A stretch of 64,000 nucleotides of DNA from NCBI RefSeq assembly GCF_036321535.1, contig NC_087436.1, positions 35,900,001 through 35,964,000 of the forward strand. Reading direction: 5' to 3'. The translations under genes and the position numbers were made by a program. Positions 27,083 to 41,109 of the stretch are shown in pieces. Below the pieces are notes generated by a model. That model ran no database searches, was not told the DNA's origin, and worked only from the letters and a program-made list of their open reading frames with translations. Origin of the DNA: Camelus dromedarius (taxonomy: Eukaryota). Every line of letters begins with the position of its first letter. Position 1 is the stretch's first letter.

Positions 27083-27180
27083 ACTGGGTGATCATTTCAC
27101 AATATACACAAATATCAAATCATTATGTTGTATACCTAAAATACAACACTGTATGTCAATTGTATCTCAATTAAAAAAAG
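27083..27180 (+). mobile_element. LINE-1 extreme 3' end (L1MA-type) inside a MIR remnant
   Basis: ggtgatcatttcacaatatacacaaatatcaaatcattatgttgtatacct...tgtcaattgtatctcaattaaaaaaa. Confidence 0.8.
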
Positions 27181-29302
27181 AACTTAAAAGTTAAAACGTC
27201 TAATTGATTGATAAGGTGATTTTCTCATTTTTTTCATATTATCAGTTTCCTCAACCCTAAAATAGTGATCACTGTAGAACCTCTCTAATGAAGTTGTACC
27301 AAGAATTATTTTAAAATGGCATCGACAGACTGGAGTGTCTGTTCTGTGGGTCTGTTCTCATCCTCTACGTGACCTTGGTGAAGCTATGCTCACTTTATTT
27401 CTGGAGCTTCATTTTTCTCATCTGTAAAAGGAGGGGGACTGGACCACTATATCTAGCACTTTCTTTAGCTCAAACATTCTGTTCAGACTTTATTCTACAA
27501 TTAAAGTCTAGAAATTATTAAAACATCCACAACTTATTCAACAATTTTAACATTAAAAAAAATAAAAGTATTGACCCATATTATCCATCCATATCATTTC
27601 AATTAGCATTACAAGATAACTTCAGGGCCTGAATAAAGCATAAAAATATTTCATGGAAAAGTGGGCAAATCTGATATGTCAACTTCGTCTTAACCAGTTC
27701 AGCTCTAGATTGAGTTTAATGTATGAAATTATTACACATATTTTCAGTATCCAAAATAGCAGGAAAGAATGAGTATTGTTTTTCACTTTTAATTTATTTC
27801 AAAGATTAAAAGAAAACTAGTGTTTGATTTGATGTACATTTTTATATCTACATAACATTATTTTAAGTTTTAAAAAATATATCTTAAAAAATAAGCAGCT
27901 AACATCCAGCCAAAACAAATAATTTCAGTAAGACTAATGATAATGCCATATTTCTAAATTCTCCCTCATGTATTATAATTATGAACAGTTATAATCAGTT
28001 TCAGATTTCCTCTCTTTTTACAGATGAGAAAACTGAAGCTTACTAACTTCCCATTGATAGCATTAAAGGCATTAAAACGACTGTGTGTTACTAATGTCCC
28101 ATGCTTTTCCTGAACTGCTTAATCTGCTGTTTTGAACTCCGGTGACCTTTGTGGGTATTAATAATAAATGTATTGACAGTTTAAATCACTGATCTAGCAT
28201 CAAAATACCCAAGGGTACTTACTTATACATATTTGTAACCTGAGATAGGACAATTAAGTAAGAGTAAATACAGTGGGATTATTAATACTTTCAACTATTT
28301 AAAGGACCTGCTACATGTAAGTTAATTCATACTAAGTATTAAATTACATTAAAAAACTAAAGAGATACAAATTATTCTACATAGCTTCAGTAAATATTTG
28401 CTGAAATAACTGTATGTAAGATCAGTAAATTAGCTACGGTTCTGGCAGAGATTTTAAAGATAAATCAATTTAAGAAACATCTCCATAAGAGTGAAAAACG
28501 CTAAGAGTACCCACAAGGGATGCTGAGGGTCCCAAATCTAGAAACTACAGGAAGCTACTATTGCTTAGGAGCTTGAAGGAGTAAAGGGAGGAGACAGTTC
28601 TATCAAAATCTAAATAAGGCTGAAACTACTGGGGAGGTGGAGTGGCTGCTCAAAGTACAGGAAACACAGGCCTGAAGTGACACGGCCAATCCTAGAACTG
28701 TGGTGCTACACAGGAAGGAGTGGAAAGACATATCCTGACTTCTTTCTCCTCTCTTCTTCTAATTTCCTGTTGATGCTTTTCACTGGCCAAACCCAGTGGA
28801 ACTGAAGTCAGGGCTATCCAGGCCATAGGGGTCACCCTGCCCTCCTTTCCTTGTACAGACATACACATGCAACCCTGATAAAGGCAAGAGTAGAGTTGGG
28901 GAGTGGGAGGAAAACAAGCAGCACAAAGAACTACAGAACAGTGGCTGTTTTTTTAATATTGCTTGATAAGAATCACATTAGTACCCTTCTGAAAAATAAC
29001 CCTAATCCTCTTCATCATCTAAATGTTACTCCAAAGACTTTGGTATCCTTTATCCACAACACCACGGATGGTCAGCTTGGTGAAGTCTGACAGAGCTTCC
29101 AAGTAGACAGCCTGAAGGTTAGTTATTGTATGTAGGTTAACTACCAACAAATAAAAAATTGGTCTCATATAACTTATCCAAATCAGTAGATAGCTAGATA
29201 ATCTGTTTAAAGGATCTAACTAGTTTTTTTCTATAACAGTTTTGTCATTGTGATCTGAGTTTACTGTTTCTCACCCAAGGTGTTCCATTAAATCTAATTT
29301 TT

Positions 29303-30057
29303 CCTTACGCTTTTGGTTTCATACCTAAGAAACCACTGCCAAATCCAAAGTCATTAAGATTTATTCCCAAGTTTTTGTCTAAGAGTTTTATGATTTTAGC
29401 TATTATACTTAGATCATTGATCAATTTTGAGTTAATTTTTGTATACAGTGAAGTAGGGGTCCATCTTCATTCTTTGCATGTGGAAATCCAGTTTGGAAAG
29501 TTTATCGTTTCCCTACCAAACAGCCTTGGCCACCTTGCCAAAATTCAACTGGCTATATAGTCATGGATTTATTTCCAGACTCTCAATCCTATTCTATTGG
29601 TCTACATATAATATACTTTTATGCTAGTACCATATATTTTAATTACAGTAGCTTTGTAGTGAGTTTTGAAATCAGCAAAGTGTAAGTCCTCTGGTTCTTC
29701 TTTTTCAATATTGTTTTGCATTCCATATGAATCTGAGGATCAATTTTTTCACTTCTATAAAAAAATACTGTTGGAATTTTGATAGGGATTATACTAAACC
29801 TGTAGATTAGTTTGGGTGGCATCAACATCTTAACAATATTAGGTCTTTCAGTCATGAACACAGGATATCTTTCCATTTATTTAGGCCTTCTTTAACTTCT
29901 TTTAGGAAAGTTTTGTACTTTGCAGTGTACAAGTATTTCACCTCTTTGAGTAAATCTATTAGTAAGTATTTTAATCTTTTAGATGCTATTGTAAGTGGGA
30001 TTATTTACTCAACTTCATTTTCTGATTGTTCTTTGCTGGTATATGGAAACACAATCT
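29303..30057 (-). mobile_element. LINE-1 ORF2 fragment (L1M)
   Basis: Minus ORF 29643-29876 contains PKLIYRFSIIPIKIP, an L1 ORF2 motif. Confidence 0.9.
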
Positions 30058-32409
30058 AAAATAATTTGAGTGCTACTCGGGAAACAGAATGGCCAAACTG
30101 TGACTTAACAGTTGAGCAAGTACCACATTGCTTTTACCTAGAACATGTGATACAAAAACGATCTAGCAGCTAAGTTTCAACAGAATTCTCCAGAATGCTT
30201 CATCTTTTCCTTCATGATTCTCTTCCTCATTAATTCATTTATTTTTCTCTAACATATATTATAAAACTCATTGCTTCAATATCCTATGATTCTACGAGGC
30301 TAGCGGTTAGGATATACTCAGTTCAACTGCCATATTAAAGTAGACTTTCTTGTGAATTACTGAGTAAATAAAATACAATAAGAAAGTCTAATTTTTCCTT
30401 TGATTCCATGAGATAAGCAAAGTGAAAAGCTCTAGCAAACCTCCTAATACATTTTATTAATTCTCTCACAGCAAATACTGATTCCTAAAATATTTACTAA
30501 AAGATAAATGAAAATATACAATCAAGGATAACTGTATAGCATAATGGGAAACAGCTACTATCAGACTTAGAAAGCAAAAATTTACACATTGTATTTCATA
30601 TAATGATATTTGGAAACAGGGATTAAAAATTCCTGTAGGAGGGGACAGGGGATGGAAAGGGGATTTAATCTAAAACAAGACGGTGAATCCATTTGAGACA
30701 CGTCAGTGTGTTTTCCTTGCTGCTTTTGAAGTTTTCTAATTGCTGTTCCTAAATATCACCTGTAGAAGTAGATCTGAGTCCCAGCTCTGAAACTGAGGAG
30801 TTATATGATTATTATATTTTGTGAAATTAATTTTGGGTCTTTGAACCTCCACTTCCTCATTGAAGGTTGTATTAGAATTAAATAAGCACATATTTAAAGC
30901 ATGCAGCAGTAACCAGGTGTTTATGGTTAGTTATACTGCACTTCATCCAGTAAGTAAGCCAGAATACAGAACACAGGCCTACCTGCAGAGAGTCTCCATA
31001 GTTAACATCCTCCTGGTAGAATGCCTCTTACTTTTAAAACTCATTCTTCAGGGAATATATGTCTCTTAATTCAACATTTTCCAGCTGATGTTTATACTGG
31101 AAATTTTTTATACTTACATTTCTCAAGCTTAATATAACATTTTAAACAAAAGGACGTAAGGGGGGAAGTCTCACGTTACAACCCAAACACAACAGCTGGA
31201 AACAGCAGATCATGTGTAGACATTAGGAAAGCCCTCTGAGTGTCCACCAAGCAACTGTTCCTTCACAGCTAAATTTGATTGTTAGGTCAGCAGGAAGCAT
31301 GGTTTAAGCACTTTACATCCTAAGATCATAATTTGTTACTTTAAAGACATTTCACTATATGGATTTAATAGGTTTTAAGAAACTGGTTGGGGGTTTTTGG
31401 AAATGGGCTCCTGGTTAGCGTCTTCAAGTAGGACATCTCATTTTCTAGGATGTTCAGTGTTCGGTAGGGAATGCCCAAATAGTAACACGGTATTTTAATA
31501 TCAACAAGGCATTTTCATTTTAATTGCAAAAAAAGCTCACTTCATGTAATTTTAAAATCATCTTATCTCTTTAATTTTATTTTCTAAGAAAAGTATCTTA
31601 TTTATACCTCTCAGGGCTTTCTCCCTCAAGAGGAAGGAATGGTATTCAACAGCATATAGTAAGTACTTAGTAAATGGGGAATTCATTTTATTTATCCTAT
31701 TCTATTCATATATTTGTAATTTTTTATATTTTTATATCCAGTGCCATACTGATAAGATGAATTTTTCCCATGAATAGTCTGTTAATTCATCTTTTCAACT
31801 GCACTAACATATGGAGGTGACTGTGTTCTTAGTTACACACATAATTTACTGAATGTCATGTGGTAAAATTTGCTGTGACTACAAAAAGTGTTCAGTTTAC
31901 CCTGTAAAGGACGATTACAGTGATTTAACAGTTAACATTTATTGAGTCATTATCTGTTAAATGCTTTATAAACATCATCTTATACAAGCTTCATAATTTA
32001 TGAAGTATGTATTATCACTACCACAATTTTATATGTAAGATGATATTGTCCAGGATCAAACAGCTACTAAATTGTTTCTTTTTGAGGGGTGGGTGTTAAA
32101 TATTTAACAGCACACCATTGTTGGAACTAGGCAAAGAATTATCAAGAAATTTAGGTTATTTTTCTTTTCTTAAAAAGTAAATTAGTACCCACTGAGATAC
32201 ATATCATAAACAAATAAGTCAGGGCATTCTCTGCACCAGATTATATTTGCTCGGTATTTTCTTTGATATTTTATTTTTATTTGTTTCATCAATTTTGTCT
32301 TATTCAGAATTTAAATTTTCCAGAATATCAGGCAGTAATAAGTATTATAGTTTAGTGGTGTGGATTAGACTATGAACTTCAGAATCAGATAGTCTTTGTT
32401 CAAACCTCA

Positions 32410-32560
32410 TCTCTGAACACTGATTTGTAGTGACTGACAATTTCCATGGTATTCATATCCCACCATGGGTACGGACTGTGTCAAAACTGATTTGTAACAT
32501 TTATGAAAAAATTTATAGAAGCTCTTGCAAACTGGTAAGAGCAGTCCTAGCATATTACTG
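32410..32560. mobile_element. hAT-Blackjack MER63-like remnant
   Basis: gctcttgcaaactggtaagagcagtcctagcatattactg resembles the recalled MER63 terminus. Confidence 0.45.
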
Positions 32561-33167
32561 GGTCCAACTCTAAATGCCTCCAAATTAACACAAAGTATTA
32601 CCTGAAGTATAGCATTAAGTAATAATTACTATGTCATGTAAATGTTTTCTTTAAAATCCAATGAAATATTCATAATTGTAGCAAATGGCATCACTCGAGG
32701 CAAAAAATGAGATCTTATAAAGTTTCCCATAAGCAAAAGAACATGTTAAAGAGAATAAAAAGACAACTTACAGAGAGAGAAAATACTGCAAGCCACATAT
32801 CCAACAAAGAACTTGTATTTAGAATATAGAAACAACTCTCAAAACGTAAGAGTGAAATAAGAAAGAATCCAAATAGAAAATGGGCAAAAGACATGAACAG
32901 ACATTTCACAAAAGAGATATTAAGGGCAAATAAGCACATGGAAAAAAAGTTCAATACCATTAACCATTAGGGAAATGCAAATTAAAACTAAAATTAAAAC
33001 CATTAGGGAAACACAAATTAAAACTTTGATAAATCACTACACACTTATCAGAATACCAAATGCCAGCAAGGATACAGAAAACTTGGATTATCATATTTAC
33101 TGGTGGGAACATAAAATGGTATCACCACTCTGGAAAATAATGTGTCAGTTTTAAAAAATAGATCACA

Positions 33168-33716
33168 TGCAGTAGGCAGAACAGTGCACACCCTGCTCTG
33201 CTAATCCAAAGATGTCTACATCCTAACCTCTGGAACCTGAGAATATGTTACCTTACCTGTCAAAGAGAAATTAAGGTTACAAATTGAATTAAGGTTGCTG
33301 ATCAGTTGATTAAAAATAGGAGATCATCTTGGATAATCCTGACTGGACAGTGGATCAAAGGAATTATATCACATAACATTACATAAGGATTAAAAATGGA
33401 AGACAGAGGCAAAAGAGAATTGGTCAGAGGAGGATGTGACTATGAAAGAAAGGCAGAGAGATGCAACTTTGCAGGCTTTGAAGATGGAGGAAGGGGTCAC
33501 CAGGCAAGGAACATTGGGAGGAACTAGTAAAGGCAAGGAAACAAATTCTCCCCTAGAACCTCCAAAAAGAAATGCAGCCCTGCCATCACCTTGATTTTCG
33601 CCCAGCGAGATCCATATTGGACTTCTAGCCTACAGAACTGTAAGATAATACATTTGTGTTATTTAAGTTGCTAGTCTTGTAGTAATTTCTTACAGCAACA
33701 ATAGGAAACTAATATA
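33168..33716 (+). mobile_element. MaLR solo LTR (MLT1D/E-like)
   Basis: caaagatgtctacatcctaacctctggaacctgagaatatgttacctta...ggctttgaagatggaggaagggg...ttacagcaacaataggaaactaata. Confidence 0.9.
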
Positions 33717-34222
33717 CCATGTGGCCCAGAAATTGCACACATGGGCATTTATTCCAAGGAAATGAAAACTTCAGTTCACATAAAAATCTTACATGGATGT
33801 TCACAGCAGCTTTATTCATAAGAGCCCCAAACTGGAAATAACCTAAACATTCCTAGATAAGTGAACAGTTAAACAAACTTGGATATATCCATATGTGGAA
33901 CACTACTCAGCAATAAAAATGTTACAACCACTGACACATACAGCTAGGATGGATCTCAAGAAAATAAAGCTTACTGGTAAAAGCCAATCTCAAATGTTTA
34001 CATATTTACTGTATGACTGCAGTTATATGGCATTTCTGAAATGACAAAACTGTGCAGACGGACACATACTTGTTTTCCAAGGACAGAGATGAAGGGAAGT
34101 AGGGGGAATTCAAGTATAAAGGAGTTTACAAAAGAATTCTTGGTGGTAATCCAAGATACAATGCCGAATCTTAACTGTAGTAGTGATTACATGAATCTAT
34201 AAATAGGCTCAAACAGCACTGA

Positions 34223-34225
<3 letters not shown>

Positions 34226-34264
<39 letters not shown>
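34226..34264. repeat. (AC)19 perfect microsatellite
   Basis: Read directly. Confidence 0.97.
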
Positions 34265-34267
<3 letters not shown>

Positions 34268-34599
34268 CCCACATGCAAGTATACACAGGCATGTGCACAA
34301 ATGCAAATGAATGCATGTAAAATCTGGTGAAGACTAAATAAGGTCTGTAGTCTAATTAACAGTATTATACCCATGACAATTTCCTAGTTTAATACTGTTC
34401 TACAGTTATATAAAATGTCACCATTCAAAGGAGGTGGATGAAAAGTTCAAGGGATTCTACGTACTACTGTTTTTTTTTTTTAACAATTTTCTATGAGTCT
34501 ATAATTACGTTAATAAAAAGTTAAAAAACAAGAGGAAAGAGAAAAATGATGCACTAGGTATAAAATTAAGATATTAGAATAGATATTTAAGACAAAATC

Positions 34600-34764
34600 T
34601 CATCCTTTAAAATTTCCATGTTTATATGTTTTTAATATGCTGTATAATATATATATATATATATATATAGCTGTATATATTTATGAACAAATAAGCATAT
34701 ATTGGTGGTTGATACTAAAAAGTACTCATAGGAACGTACAATAAAAAAGTTTAGAGACCAATGC
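34600..34764 (-). mobile_element. MER113-like hAT remnant containing a (TA)n run (about 34648-34669)
   Basis: aaaaaagtttagagaccaatg is the reverse of the terminus seen at 15027. Confidence 0.45.
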
Positions 34765-36267
34765 TCTGAAGTATTACTAGCATATCTTTCTTAAACAGTG
34801 AAAAACAAAATGCAATATGGCATCCTGACATAATATCATCTCCAGAATATTAACTTAGCATAAAATTTTACTAAAAGCAAGATATACTAAAAATAAATTT
34901 GAAGATGCGCTAAGTAGAAATGAAATAAAGCACCAGTAACTCTGGCAACCAGTCATTTATATTACTTCTCTCTGGAAAAGGTTTTAGTAATCCTAATGGA
35001 TGTTCAATCAGCTGTAAAAGTCTTTTTTACTTTCATCTAATTTATGCATGTTATTGTTGTTATTATTATTATTATATCATATATTCTTATTCATTCTTTT
35101 TAGATAATTTGTAACTCAGGATTAACTCTACCAATAGTTTTGGAGGTTATAAGAACAAATGAGACTAAAACTGGCACAAAATTTTTGCTCAGCAAGATCC
35201 ACTTCCTCTACGACACATACTTGAAGAAGCTTGGTAAAAATCAGCAAATTCAAGCTTCATATATTTGCAGACCATTTTGTTATAAACCAAAGAGTCTCTT
35301 TATATAATGAATGATTGTTTTTATTGCCTTTCTAAAAAAGTACAATTTATGGTTTTGGAGTGGAGCCTGGCAAATGTAGACTGATATTAGTCAATCAACA
35401 GAGTTAAACCATAAAGACTTCTATTCTGTATCTGTCAATTTCTACGTACTGTTCTATAGAGTAAGTTTAGAATTACTCATGGAAAACTGTAACTCTTAGG
35501 TGAACTTACAGCAAGTGATTAACTGGCTTACAAAATATTTTAAACATTTAAAGTCACTCTCTCAATACACACTTCAGCTATCCTGGTATTTCCTGATTTG
35601 ATAAAGAAAATAGGCAAAGAAAGATTAAATTTCAAATATATCTTTAATATTTTTGGTTCTTCATTTTATCAGAGCTAACTCATTGTTCTTTCATTGCGAA
35701 TTCTTAAAAATCTTCCTCTCATGGTGTAGGGCTCTCTAAACTTTTTCAAAGTTTTTTAAAAGTGCTTTTTTAAAGTTTTACTTTGAATGTGGAGGATTCA
35801 CTGCAAAAAATATGATTCAAAATCAAGAAATGAGAAACTCATATGAGGACACTGGATCTTTATTATTACACTGAAACTCGAAGCCTGTGATTTATTTACT
35901 TTTTAGAAAGTAACTGACACCTTGTCACAGCTACCTTGCCTTGGAGAGGTTAAAAAGTTGTCCAAGTTCCAGACAGCAAATGAGCAGCCTCTAAACTGCC
36001 AACAAGCAACGTGCTTGGACAAGCACTTTCTTTTTACAATGAAGTAACAGGCTTGCTTTTTCAGTGCAACCAAATTCAAACAATGAGAGGAGGCACTCCA
36101 AACCATGAGCAGAGAAAACCAAGGGCCAAGCTCACGGTATGCACAGGAAGATTCCCAACTGGGAAACCGTGGGCAAATGCAAGTTTTCAAAGAGATGTTT
36201 TAACATTACATATGCATCAGCCCCTCAAGCACCCACAGCTCTGTTAACAGTATGTTATCAGTACGCA

Positions 36268-36295
36268 CAGAACAACAATGCAGATTGTTGTTCTG
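36268..36295. promoter_or_regulatory. Perfect inverted repeat containing a SOX dimer motif AACAAT-N4-ATTGTT
   Basis: cagaacaacaat-gcag-attgttgttctg, 12-bp arms, in apparently unique sequence. Confidence 0.45.
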
Positions 36296-39200
36296 AATAC
36301 AACACTCCCTTGAGCTTTCAAGATGATGTACAGTATAGGAAGAGTGCAGAAAATAAATGTGACTCCTCTCATAATTCTCAGCACCATTTGAAAAGGCTAT
36401 GTTAGAAAATGAATTAATACACAGGATGTGGTCTTTCCTTTGGAAGAGAATAATCAGTGTTGGTGTTTTACTTACTCATTTTATTTAGGGTTGGTGAATA
36501 CTAAAGCCCTGTGAATTTAAGTTCATCTCTGAAGTAATCATAACATGTGAACTGCTGCATATCTCTCACTTCAAAATTTGGAAAACAGAAAAATTAAGGT
36601 CTTGTTCTACATATAAGAGAAAGAGAAAGAGAGAGATGTAAGAACAGGATTAACAAAAGTAGTTCTAAGGAATCTAAAAATACTTTTCACTCCCTTGGAA
36701 CCATGGTAAATGGATATATTAGTCCAGAAGAAAGTCAAACCCTGGTTCAGGTAAATATTCTATGCAAAGAAAGGACCACATAAAGGCAGACATTTTATAC
36801 ACTCTGTTGTAAGGATTAGCAGATCTATAAGTAGCCTTGGATTTGTAGGAAAGACAACAGATAAAACATTAGAAATCTGGGTATATCATTGAGAAGATTC
36901 CATAATTTATTACAGCTAGTGCTTATAGTATGACAAATTTAAATTTTTAATCTAGAAAAACTAATGTGACATTATCTATTTAGAGCTATATTTGTCTCTT
37001 ATATTACCACTGTAATTCCTTTCATAAATTCAAAACAATGTGTTATCACTGATTCTGAAAATTACTGGACTCTGTGGGTCATCTAAATTCTCCAAGTTCA
37101 GTTTGTTTAAAAGTCCTTTTGTATAATATAAACACTAACAATATTTCATATTTGATGTCGGGAGAGATCAGAATTTGTATCTGTCTCATACACCTAACCA
37201 GACCCGATATCTCCACCTATATACCCGTCATCTACTACTACCCAGAATGTCTCAGCCTACAGGTGTCAAGGAGCAGCCCTGACCTATAAGAAGAGTAGTG
37301 CTGACATGGAGGTATCCACCCTCCTCTGGAGAAGTTAAGCGTGAGCTCTGTATACTGGGGCTGAGCTGCACTTCCCTATATCATTAAGCTTTCATAAATG
37401 GGTTCAAAAGGAAGCCCCAAATACCTTCCTTCTCCCACCATTCACAGTAACATGCCTAAAATCTGCCTTAAATCTACCAGTACAAATTCCATGTTGCCCT
37501 TCATCTATGTTATTATGACAGACTACCAGTCTGTCCCAGAATTCCAGTTCATCCCTCATGTACTAGATCTACTCCCCACAAATGTCAACACATCCCCTAA
37601 TCTGCCTCCTTCTCCCACCCCGGTCTTATTTTATAATAAGTAACAGAAAATATATTTTAAAATGCGAGTCAATTTTATCACATACCAATCTCAGGTGGGA
37701 GAAATGACCCAGTCCTAGGAAGTCCTAGGAGGCTGTTGTGGCTTTTAAAGATCCTACTTTGTGGTGATTTTTAGTGTTGTGTAAACTCCTAGCTTCAATT
37801 AATGATGTCTAACTAAGACAGAAATTCAGAAGCATAAATACAGCCAGGGAGGCAGAGACCTAAAGGAGAGCAGAACACTCTAGCAAAACAAATGTATACA
37901 TACATACATACATAGACATATAGAGAGACACACATACACCACAACGCCAAGCAAACTGGGCCCATGATGTAGGGAGGAGGCTCTGAGCTGCTGGATACCT
38001 TCAACTTGGTTTCTATTATCCTCTTAATGGGGGGAGGCTTCAAGATCCCACAGTTTCTATTGTTAATCTTATTTAAATAAAATTTGCAATTCAGCATTCA
38101 AAAACTCTTAACAGAGTTAACACTTTGAATCTTATATAAGTTAACACCTGCTTCTTAATACATCCATGAAAGTAAAGTATATACACTTATAAAAAATAAA
38201 TTAGAGTGAAACTAGTGAGCATAGTAAATGAGCCTAATGAATTTAATATATATTCCCTTTTTCATCTTATTTGTCTTTACAGAAACTGTTACATTCAAAT
38301 GTCTATGTTCTCTTAACCAAGGGGTGGATTTAAGAAGTAAGAGAAATGAGTATTAGGGATGAGTAGGGAAAAAGATATAATAAGCATTAATAGTTAGTCA
38401 TATTATTTGAACTAACATTGTCTAAAATAAGAGAACAAATGTCCCCTTAAATTGCTGTATTGACTGAATTGGTGGGATGTAATATTTACTTTAAATGTAT
38501 TTGACTACTTATAATAAACTTAGGCATGGCCAATATAAAGTGTGTAAATCTAATGGTTTTAGACAACTCTTTCAAATGACTGATATTGCAATAAAGACTT
38601 TGCTAGTACTCTTGCTTATATTTCTAATGAAAAACAGAAGTAGGATACTTATTCTTTTAAAGCAAGTGCCACTGTTAATACTGATGACATCACCTTCTTG
38701 AAAGTAATGGAAAGCATTTTTGCCTAATAGTATTAATAAGCTTTTGAACTCATTTTATTCAATGTTTTATGTTTAAGAGAGAGTTTTGGATTGCCAGAAA
38801 CATGGCTCCTATAAACCTATAAATAGTAAAGAAACCATGACAAGAATATTTCTAACACTACACATAGGGCTGGGAATGGAAATTACAGTGACTTTGTTCC
38901 TAATACTATTAAATAGTAACAAATCTGGGGAGTCTCAGAAGTATGCTTCAGTAATTTTACTTTTCCTCATCCAATCTCTGCATCTAGTTATATCTGACCA
39001 ACAAACAGCAAGTAAAACAATTCATATTAAAACATCCACCATAAGAAACTCTTTGAAGTTTACAAGTAATGGGCTAATGTGGGAAATAATATGCCTTTTC
39101 TTTTTGTGTGAAATGCTCAGGAAAACCCTGTTAAGTCGATTAGTACTTGAAGAATCCAATCAGCTTATTCCTGAAAGAGGTATTCTTTATTTTAAATAAA

Positions 39201-41109
39201 CAAAGCCTGCTTTTTGTGGGAGGTGGGGTGAGAAGGGGGGAGGACAGGGGTTGTTACAGGGAGTGCGGGGTGGTGAAATAAATTACCAACATTTCCAGGT
39301 TGGGAAGGAGTGTTGGTTTCTTTTCAGGTCAGACTGGCTGTCGCCACCTACACTGACAGGAAGAGTTATTGGAGTGATGGTCTATGTATGATGACTGAGG
39401 GACACAGAGACAGCAAAACAAGAGGGAAATCATCTCTCTAATACCTTGTAGATCACCACCAAAAGAAACCTGTTATCCGGGCTTTGTTTTGTTTTGCTTT
39501 GCTTTTCATGGAGGATTAAGATTCTTATCTTAATAAGATACGTTGTTAAACTTGAATTTTATATCAGTTTTGTAATCTAGATTTTAAAAACATAACTGTA
39601 TATATCTGCACATACATAAACTGATAATCCCTCTATGTGCACTGTATTTTGAAACATCTACTACTGAGATTCTTCCATCCAAAAGTATTAACTTTTAATT
39701 GAATCTGAGATTTAATGAAAGTCTAGAAAAACCTAAATTTGAAATTTGTAACACTGACCTTATGGAGCTTCATATTTGTGATAAATTTTGCTGTATATCT
39801 TATAAATTAGCTTCGACATGATTCAGATTGGGTTCTCAGGACAGCAAATAACTGTGAGAAAAGGGAGTATCTTAGATCATGTCTTCTCTATATAAAACAA
39901 ATTGGTTTGACATATTTATTTTTTATTTGACTAACTGGCATAGTGCCTTAGTGATGAGAGAAGTGTGTAAAGTATTCATGCTTTTCTTTTACTTTGTCAG
40001 CTTGGTTAAGAGTCACCATATGGATTTCTGGTCAAGATGGAGTAGTAGGACCACAAGCTCCCCTCCTCTCATGACTACAACAAAACCACAACTGAGTACT
40101 AAACAACCATTGAAAAGAAGATTGGAACCTAGCAAAAAAAAGATTTTCTTCAACTGCAAACATAAAGACGGAACCACAGCAGGACAGTAAGAAGGGTGTG
40201 CTTGCGATATAATCGGGCCCCATACCCCCACTGGTAGGTGACCCATAAGCTGGAGACTAAATTGCAGTCTCTCCCATAGAAGTGAGGGTCCAAACCCTAC
40301 ATCAGGCTCCCCAGACTAGGGTTCTGGCACTGGGAGAAGGAGACCCCTGAATATCTGGTTTTGAAGGCCAGTGGGGCTTAACTGTGGGAGCTCCACGGGA
40401 ATTGGGGAAATAGAGACTTCACTCTCTTGGGAAGCATACACAGAATCTTGCCTGCACCAGGACCAAGGGTAGAGGCAGTGATTCCATAGGAACCTGGGTC
40501 AGACTTTCCTGCTGGTTTTGGAAGGTCTCTTGGGGAAGTAGAGGGCAGCTGTGGCTCACCCTAGGGATGTAAAAGTTAGTGGTGGACATTCAGGGAGTAT
40601 TCATGTACATGAACCTTCCTGGAGGCTGACATCTTGCTTGGGTCAACTGCTCCAAGACCTAGCTCCAGCTTAAGTGCTGGGAAGCCTTAGGCCAAACAAC
40701 ATACTGTGTAGGAATGCAACCCAACCCACTGGAAGACTTCCTGAGCCCATAGCTGCCTCTAGACATGCCCCTAGACACTACTTTGTCCACCAGGGGGCCA
40801 GGACCAAGCTCTACCCAGCAGCAGGCAGGCACCAACTCTTTCTGCCAGGAAACCTGCACAAGCCTCTAGTCGAGCCTCACCCACCAGTGGACAGATATCA
40901 GAAGAAAACAGCAATCCAACAGCCTGTGGAAGGAGTCTGCAAACGCAGGCCAGACTCTACACTAGGACCAGCTGGACCCTGGCCCTTGGGTGACAAGAGG
41001 GGAATGCACTGCTGGGACACACAGGACACCTCATACAGAGGGCCATTTCTCCAAGGTCAAGAAACTTAACTAACCTATATAAAAAAATACAAAGAGGAAT
41101 TTAGACAAA

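Larger units (their letters stand above)
32720..34527 (+). mobile_element. Old LINE-1 3' part (L1MC-type), split by a MaLR LTR
   Basis: aaatgggcaaaagacatgaacagacatttcacaaaaga and atgttcacagcagctttattcataagagccccaaactggaaa, plus an L1MC-type 3'UTR. Confidence 0.88.

Noticed and set aside
32962..33025. 28-bp direct repeat as a CRISPR-like or regulatory array
   Set aside because: Only two copies; a local duplication inside an old L1 in a mammalian genome.
38786..39199. 137-aa plus ORF
   Set aside because: Non-ATG start, AT-rich low-information composition, no motifs.
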